DNA of 64,000 nucleotides, taken from positions 76,044 to 140,043 of the forward strand of contig CAYYCO010000002.1 in NCBI GenBank assembly GCA_964470365.1. The letters are read 5' to 3'. The notes beneath the pieces are model-generated. The model was given only the letters and a program-made list of their open reading frames with translations. It was not told where the DNA came from and ran no database searches. Shown here piece by piece: positions 58,177 to 64,000 of the stretch. Within the stretch, counting starts at the first letter, position 1. Every line of letters begins with the position of its first letter. The translations under genes were made by a program, and so were the position numbers. Source of the DNA: an uncultured Anaeromyxobacteraceae bacterium (lineage in GTDB: Bacteria > Myxococcota_A > UBA9042 > DTJE01).

Positions 58177-58191
58177 CCGCAGGGGTGAAAC

Positions 58192-60780
58192 GTGTTCAAT
58201 TTCGAAGCCATTCACTGGGGAAACGGCGATATGTGGTGGCTGCTTCTGCTGCCGCTCGCACTTGTTCCCGCCTGGATTTCCTACGAACTCTTCCATCGGC
58301 GGGTCGCCAGGTCCTTCGGGGGCCGCAGACTGGTCGGCCGGATGATCGGCGGCGCCGGATTCGGACGCAGGCTTGCCACCTTCGCATGCGTCTTCGTCGC
58401 GCTCGAACTGCTGTCCGTGGCCGCGATGCGCCCGAAATACGGGCTCAGGGACGTGACGTTAAGCGGAGCGGGGGTCGACGTGGCAATCGTCGTGGATGCA
58501 AGCCGTTCCATGAAGGCCGCCGACGTCATGCCGGATCGCCTTGGCATGTCGGTGATCACCGTGTCGCACGTTCTTGAGGCGGCAGCGGGAAACAGGTTCT
58601 CGCTGGTTCCTTTCGCCGGAATCGCATTCATACAGAGTCCCCTGACCGTTGATTACGGCATTATCAGGCAATACCTGAACGACCTCCGGGTCACCGACAT
58701 GCCGGTGCCGGGAACCGCGCTCGGGAGGGCGCTTTCAACGGCGGCCCGGTCGCTCGGAATCGATTCGCCCGGCTTCAAGGGTTCCTCGGGCAAGGCCATC
58801 ATCGTCCTGACGGACGGCGAAAACCACGAGGGGGAGCCGGAGCAGGTGGCGGCCGACCTGGCCGGCAAGGGCGTGCGGATATTCACGGTCGGGGTCGGCA
58901 CGCCGGAGGGCAGGCCGATTCCGGAACTTGATGAAAAGGGCACCATAACCGGGCTGGCGCTGCAGGAAGACGGCGTTTCGCCCGTTATTTCAAAACTGGA
59001 CGAAGAACTGCTGCGGAAGATCTCGGAAAAGACCGGCGGCCGCTACTACTCTCTGTCATCGGTGGCATCGGTGGCAGCGGTGTCGCAGGGACTCGCGGCC
59101 GACCTTGAATCGATGCAGCGGGACGAGTACCTGACCGCGGTTGAAAGGCTGCTTGAAGAGCGGTTCCAGTACCCCCTGGCGGCCGGCCTGATCCTGCTGG
59201 CCCTGCCCTTCCTCTGGACCGGGGGGCGCAGAAGGATCGCCGGAACCATGGCCGCGCTGGTGATCCTTTCGGCGGCGCCGGCATCGGCGGAACCGTTCGA
59301 GCATCCGGTCCTTGCCGCGCTCTTCAACCGCCAGCAGCCGGACATCAGGAAGGCCGCGCGCATGATCGACGACGGCAAGTACGGCGACGCACTGAAACTG
59401 CTGCAGGAAATTTCGAAAAAACTCCCGCCCGCGCCGGCCATCGAATACGACACCGCCATCGCGGCCATGAAGGCCGGGGATCTCCAGGTCGCCCAGGACG
59501 CGATCGGGCGCGCAGTCGAACTCAACCGCGGGCTGGCGCCTGCATCGCCGCAGCGGCTGTCCGATTCGGCCCTGTTTGCCACCAAGGGGTCAATCCTTGT
59601 CGAAAAAGCCAGGAAGACCCAGACGGACGGCGGCGACAGGAAGGAGGCTATCAGGGTGTACAGGGAGGCCGTCGAGGCATTCACCGCGGCGCTGCTGCTC
59701 GACCCTTCCAGCGAACAAATCCGCCGAAACCTTGAAATCGTGTCACTCGCGGCCTTTCCCTCGTGTTCGAGCCTGGATGACGGCTACGAGGCCAACGAGT
59801 CGGCCGGGGCTGCGAAGATGCTGACGCCTGACGCGCAGACCGGTGCCGTGAACGAACGCATGCTGCTCTGCCCGGACAACCAGGACTGGTTTGCCATACG
59901 GCTGAGGCCGGGCGAAACACTGTCGGTGTCGGTGGAAAAACCGGCCCCGGCAGGCCAGCAGGCAGCTGTGCAGCAGCCCGCTCAGGGTCAGGCGCAGGCA
60001 CCGGCGGCGAAGCCGGAACCGGCCGACGTGGACATCCGGCTTGTCGGCCCGGACGGGACGGAACAGGCAGCGGCGGGCAAGTCCGCCAGGTTCACTTCGC
60101 GCGACGCGGTCGATTCCACGGTGCTGCTGCACGTGACCGGCCCGGCGGTCGAGGACGGCGTCGACTATGTCGTCAACGCGAACCTGATACCGTCCTGCGC
60201 CGCCGGGGGCGATGACAGGATGGAGGACAACGACGGCATGGCGGCGGCAGCGTCGATATCGGACGGCGACCTCGATCTGCGCCTGTGCCCCCTTGACGAC
60301 GACTTCTTTGCATATACCCTTCCAAAGGACGCCGCCCGTCAGGTCAAGCTGTCGTTCAGCGCGCAGGACGGGCCGATGGAACTGGCGGTCCTGGCAGCGG
60401 ACGGTACCCCCGTGGACGTGCAGACGTCGGTCGGGGACGCCGGGACCGAAAAGGTTGCCCTGCTGCCGGAATCGACCGGGGACGCACAGTTTGCAATCGC
60501 CGTCGCCGGCGGTGGCTACGAGGGCTTCTACCGACTCTCGATCGGCGAACCCGAGGGCGGGAAGGACAAGAACCAGGACGACAAACAGGATCAGGACAAA
60601 AAGGACGAAAACAAGGACGGCGACAACGAAAGGCAGGACGGGCAGGATCAGCAGCCGAAGGGTTCCCCGGCGATTCGCCAGCTGATCGACGAACTGGACG
60701 CCAACCGCAGCAACATCGACGCCGAGGAGGCGGCACGGACCTCGGCGCTTGGCGACCACACGCCCGACAAGGACTGGTGA
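58192..60780 (+). CDS. BatB/BatC-like fusion: VWA + TPR protein with two PPC-like beta-sandwich modules and a Lys/Asp/Gln-rich tail
   Basis: VWA motif VAIVVDASRSM. TPR-like helical repeats. DxDWFAIRL... and DDDFFAYTL... PPC-type segments. KDKNQDDKQDQDKKDENKDGDNERQDGQDQQ tail. Confidence 0.65.
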   Translation: MFNFEAIHWGNGDMWWLLLLPLALVPAWISYELFHRRVARSFGGRRLVGRMIGGAGFGRRLATFACVFVALELLSVAAMRPKYGLRDVTLSGAGVDVAIVVDASRSMKAADVMPDRLGMSVITVSHVLEAAAGNRFSLVPFAGIAFIQSPLTVDYGIIRQYLNDLRVTDMPVPGTALGRALSTAARSLGIDSPGFKGSSGKAIIVLTDGENHEGEPEQVAADLAGKGVRIFTVGVGTPEGRPIPELDEKGTITGLALQEDGVSPVISKLDEELLRKISEKTGGRYYSLSSVASVAAVSQGLAADLESMQRDEYLTAVERLLEERFQYPLAAGLILLALPFLWTGGRRRIAGTMAALVILSAAPASAEPFEHPVLAALFNRQQPDIRKAARMIDDGKYGDALKLLQEISKKLPPAPAIEYDTAIAAMKAGDLQVAQDAIGRAVELNRGLAPASPQRLSDSALFATKGSILVEKARKTQTDGGDRKEAIRVYREAVEAFTAALLLDPSSEQIRRNLEIVSLAAFPSCSSLDDGYEANESAGAAKMLTPDAQTGAVNERMLLCPDNQDWFAIRLRPGETLSVSVEKPAPAGQQAAVQQPAQGQAQAPAAKPEPADVDIRLVGPDGTEQAAAGKSARFTSRDAVDSTVLLHVTGPAVEDGVDYVVNANLIPSCAAGGDDRMEDNDGMAAAASISDGDLDLRLCPLDDDFFAYTLPKDAARQVKLSFSAQDGPMELAVLAADGTPVDVQTSVGDAGTEKVALLPESTGDAQFAIAVAGGGYEGFYRLSIGEPEGGKDKNQDDKQDQDKKDENKDGDNERQDGQDQQPKGSPAIRQLIDELDANRSNIDAEEAARTSALGDHTPDKDW

Positions 60781-62624
60781 TGGACACCGGAAACACCGGA
60801 TTGCGCGCACGATGGACGCTCCTGGCGGTCGCCGCGGCCACCGCTGCCGTCGCCTTTTCGCTGGCCGGCGCAACCGCCGGCGCGCGGAACGGTCCGACGC
60901 TGTCGGTCAACGTAGATCGGACGACCATCTACAGGAACGAACAACTGTCCGTGGACATCGTGATGTCCGGGGAATACGACGACCTTTCCGGCCCGTCGCT
61001 GGACGGGTTCGACATCCTCGGACGTTCGGAGGGCCGCTCCTTCTCGTTCGGCATGGGCGGCTCGACCAGCGAAAGAACTATCAGCCTGACGCTGGCGCCG
61101 ACAAAAACCGGCAAACTGCTAATCGGGGCGGCCCGGCTTACGGACGGTGGCAAGGTGGTTGCCTCGTCACGGCCCGTCGAGATCACGGTGCGCGACGAGG
61201 ACGCCCCGGTCACGCGCCAGCGTCAGGGACGCAGATCCGGGATCATGTCGCTTTTTCCGCAGATCGCCACGCCGCAGATGGAAACCGTCAAGGCCCCGCT
61301 GGTGGAGGCAAGGCTGTTTCCACCCGAGGCCGCGGCAGGCAGGCCCGTATACCCCGGCCAGCCGTTGATCCTTAAATATGTACTTCTCACTCCGATGCCG
61401 CCGGAATACTGGTCGGTCGCCGTCACCGCCAAGCCGGACATGAAGGGACTGGTGGTGCGCGAGTCGCCCCGCGGCGATGAAAAGACCGCCGAGGTCCGCA
61501 GGGACGACGGCATCTGGTACGAAACAGTCATCTGGAAGGCCGCCGTGACGCCGATCGACCCGGGTGCAGTTGAGATCGGCCCGATGCGGCTGGACGCCGG
61601 GTTCAGGGGTTTCCAGAATTTCAGCGTGGCATCCGGGGCCATCGACCTGACCGTCGCGCCCATACCGTCGGAAGGCACGCCGGACGGCTTCGTGCCTGGC
61701 ACGCTGGGCAGCTTCCGGATGGAGGCGCGTCTCGAGAATCCCCGAATCGCACTGGGCGAATCGGCCACACTGACGGTGACCGTCAAGGGTTCCGGAAACA
61801 TCGCGGCAGTCGCGGAACCGGCCATCTCGGTTCCCGACGGCCTCAAGGTCGACGAATTCGCGAACGGCCAGGCCGGCGACGAAATCGTCATCGGCGACGA
61901 GGGCATGACCGGAACGAAGACATTCAAGTTCCTGCTGACCCCGGGAAGGATGCCCGACGGAAAGGACGGCGGCGACTTCACGATCGGCGTTGCGCCGCTC
62001 GTCTACTTCGATTACGCGTCAGGTTCGTGGGAGCGCGCCGCCGTCGAGGATCTGACACTCGAGGTCCGCGGGTCGACGCTTGCGGACAAACGGGACGAAG
62101 CCCGCGTCCCGCAGCTCGGCGTCATCGAAAAAAGCTCCCTCAGGCCACCGGCTCCTCAACGCCGCGAATGGTACACAGGCAGGCTTGTTGCCGGGTTGAT
62201 GGCGGTTCCGGTGCTGCTCCTGGCGGTTGTGGAGATCGTCGCGGCCGCCCGCAGGCGCCTCGCGGCGAACGGTTTCCGCTCCACCTCCAGGAAGGCCCTG
62301 AAGAAGGCTCTCGCGGAACTGGCGCGTCTCGAAAGGGACGGTGGGGGCGATGCGGCCTTCTGGACTGAACTGGAAATGATAATACGCCGCTTCGTCGAGG
62401 CTCGATTCGGCATCGGGACCGGTGCGCTCACCGGGGCGGCAATCGCGTCCGAACTGGCCCGCAGGGGCGCCCCGACCGCGGAATCCGATGCTCTGCTCGA
62501 TCTGCTCAACCTCTGTTCGCTCGCCAGGTTCGCGGGTCAGCATGGGGCAGGGGATGCGGGGGATGCCGCCCGTCGCGTTCGGGAATGCCTGTCGTCGCTC
62601 GACAGGGCGGGAGGTGCGTCATGA
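60777..62624 (+). CDS. BatD-like protein
   Basis: Signal peptide. Beta-rich N-terminal region. C-terminal TM helix and cytoplasmic tail as in BatD. Confidence 0.6.
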   Translation: MMDTGNTGLRARWTLLAVAAATAAVAFSLAGATAGARNGPTLSVNVDRTTIYRNEQLSVDIVMSGEYDDLSGPSLDGFDILGRSEGRSFSFGMGGSTSERTISLTLAPTKTGKLLIGAARLTDGGKVVASSRPVEITVRDEDAPVTRQRQGRRSGIMSLFPQIATPQMETVKAPLVEARLFPPEAAAGRPVYPGQPLILKYVLLTPMPPEYWSVAVTAKPDMKGLVVRESPRGDEKTAEVRRDDGIWYETVIWKAAVTPIDPGAVEIGPMRLDAGFRGFQNFSVASGAIDLTVAPIPSEGTPDGFVPGTLGSFRMEARLENPRIALGESATLTVTVKGSGNIAAVAEPAISVPDGLKVDEFANGQAGDEIVIGDEGMTGTKTFKFLLTPGRMPDGKDGGDFTIGVAPLVYFDYASGSWERAAVEDLTLEVRGSTLADKRDEARVPQLGVIEKSSLRPPAPQRREWYTGRLVAGLMAVPVLLLAVVEIVAAARRRLAANGFRSTSRKALKKALAELARLERDGGGDAAFWTELEMIIRRFVEARFGIGTGALTGAAIASELARRGAPTAESDALLDLLNLCSLARFAGQHGAGDAGDAARRVRECLSSLDRAGGAS

Positions 62625-63418
62625 GGCTCCTGCCCGCATTCGCCTGCGCAGCGCTCGTCCTCGCGTCCGCCCCGGCTTCGGCCGTCACGGTCCAGGAGAC
62701 TTTCCAGCAGGGGGTTTCGGAATACCGCAACGCCGCATCCCCCGCCGATTACGCCCGTGCGGCCGAAACGTTCAGGGCGCTCGACGAAACCTGGGGCGCG
62801 GGCTCGCCCGAGGTCCTCCTGAACCTGGGTACCGCTCAGTTCCTGTCGAACGGCGCCGGAACGGGCGATCGGACGGGCGAGGCGATGCTGAACCTGCACC
62901 GTGCCATCAAGTCGGCCCCGGAAAGCCTTGCGGCCGGGCTTGCCGCGAAAAACCTGGAAAGCATCAGGCACGGGCTGAACGAAAAACATTCCGCAAAGGG
63001 CGGCACGGGATTCGTTTTCGCGGCCTACAACGACGGATGGACCGCGCTCTTCTCATGGATCCCGGCGGGACCGGCGGTGGCCGTGTTCCTGGCGTTCTGG
63101 ACCTGCCTTTTCGGCCTTCTGGCCGCAAGACGCATGATGCCGCGAAGGATCGTGCTGATCCTGCTGGCCAGCTTTGCAGTCCTGACGGCCGCTGCCGGGG
63201 TCTGCGCGGGCGGATCCGCCCGAATCCTTGGATATTCGACCGGCGTCATAATTGAAGACGCGCCCATCTACGATCAGTTCCAGTCTGTCGAACCGGCCGG
63301 CGAACTGCCGGAAGGACTGGAATTCAGGGTTCTCCGCCACAGGGATCAGAGGATCGAAATCCGCCTGTCTTCAGGCCGGATCGGGTGGGTTCCTGAAGAC
63401 CGGGCAGGACTCCCCTGA
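62621..63418 (+). CDS. BatE-like TPR/SH3-type protein
   Basis: Start at MRLLPAF (ATGA overlap with the upstream stop). Signal peptide. TPR-like helices. Two TM helices. C-terminal SH3-like beta region. Confidence 0.45.
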   Translation: MRLLPAFACAALVLASAPASAVTVQETFQQGVSEYRNAASPADYARAAETFRALDETWGAGSPEVLLNLGTAQFLSNGAGTGDRTGEAMLNLHRAIKSAPESLAAGLAAKNLESIRHGLNEKHSAKGGTGFVFAAYNDGWTALFSWIPAGPAVAVFLAFWTCLFGLLAARRMMPRRIVLILLASFAVLTAAAGVCAGGSARILGYSTGVIIEDAPIYDQFQSVEPAGELPEGLEFRVLRHRDQRIEIRLSSGRIGWVPEDRAGLP

Positions 63419-63530
63419 CCTTTCCGTTTCCGCCAGCACCTCGCACGCAACAATTCATTCCGCAACGGAAGTTGTTCAATGGTCGATCCGTGAATAGAAT
63501 TAGTCTTCATCTTCGACTCCGGGTGTAAGC

Positions 63531-64000
63531 ATGGACCTGCTCGCAATTCAAATCGAATCGCCTGGGCATGTGGCCTGGGCCGCCAGGGAGGCGGCCGCAG
63601 ACGCGACCCCTATGGACTCCGCCATGATGATCCTTTACGCAGCCCACCGGCTGCTCAGGATCACGTGCAGCGGCTGCAGGGGCTTCGGCGCCGAACGGAT
63701 GGGAAGGCTACCCGACATGGCCGGGTTCCTGCTGGACGGTTCGACGCAGGAGGGGGCTGGCGCCTCGTCCGGCCTTTCGCAGGCGGTGCTGTCCGCGCTT
63801 CGCACCCAGACCGTGCGCGATGCCCTCAGGGATCTGGCGACCACGTCCGAAGCGCTGGTTGTCCCGGACGCGGCCGCGTCGCGCACCACGCGCGAATGGC
63901 AGGCGACGGCCGAAGGCCTGGCGACCGTTCTCAAGGCACTTCTTCCGCTTGCATCTGCGATACGCACGGCCGCCGGGGACGGAAGGGGCGGTCTTCATGT
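63531..64000 (+). CDS. 5' part of a hypothetical protein (runs off the window)
   Basis: Stop-free frame to the window end with high GC3. Competes with two shorter, overlapping minus-strand ORFs of Arg-rich composition. Confidence 0.25.
   Translation, partial: MDLLAIQIESPGHVAWAAREAAADATPMDSAMMILYAAHRLLRITCSGCRGFGAERMGRLPDMAGFLLDGSTQEGAGASSGLSQAVLSALRTQTVRDALRDLATTSEALVVPDAAASRTTREWQATAEGLATVLKALLPLASAIRTAAGDGRGGLH

Noticed and set aside
63635-63998. Two overlapping minus-strand ORFs at the window end
   Set aside because: They overlap each other in different frames with Arg-rich composition. A stop-free plus-strand frame with high GC3 covers the same region and is the more plausible (still low-confidence) gene.

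Overview
This is a high-GC (roughly 65-70%) bacterial chromosomal segment. Its features give it a Myxococcota/deltaproteobacterial-like flavour: many lipoproteins with Ala/Pro/acidic linkers, Kazal domains, MXAN-type cysteine repeats, a lamin-tail domain, and sigma-54 regulation. No mobile elements or CRISPR arrays were seen. Gene content in order: a partial outer-membrane barrel, a lipoprotein and an RND/MMPL-like exporter; a GAF/PAS histidine kinase, a sigma-54 NtrC-type regulator and a membrane EEP phosphoesterase in one operon; a nitrogen-assimilation cluster (glnA with a sigma-54 promoter candidate, an alpha/beta hydrolase, a CN-hydrolase, and divergent AGCS and NSS amino-acid symporters); a small acidic Cys-cluster protein with a consensus sigma-70 promoter; a tRNA-Cys(GCA); a giant, roughly 2,870-aa, extremely cysteine-rich surface lipoprotein (LTD + Cys repeats + three P-domain-like modules + PPC-like); a complete cobalamin uptake locus (AdoCbl riboswitch, btuB, a BtuG-like beta-propeller lipoprotein, btuF, btuC, btuD); a triple-Kazal lipoprotein; an outer-membrane barrel; a Ppm1-like GT2; an M24 aminopeptidase; a PqqD-like RRE protein; an NfnAB-type flavin/FeS oxidoreductase pair; a SurA-N/PpiD-like chaperone; ribBA; tolQRAB followed directly by a class-III aminotransferase, a LuxE-like acyl-protein synthetase and a LuxC-like acyl reductase (candidate fatty-amine pathway); a large ArnT/PMT-like membrane glycosyltransferase; and a MoxR/DUF58/BatA-E aerotolerance-type operon. 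Many long antisense ORFs are high-GC artefacts. All calls rest on reading the translated ORFs and the nucleotide sequence; no database searches were run.
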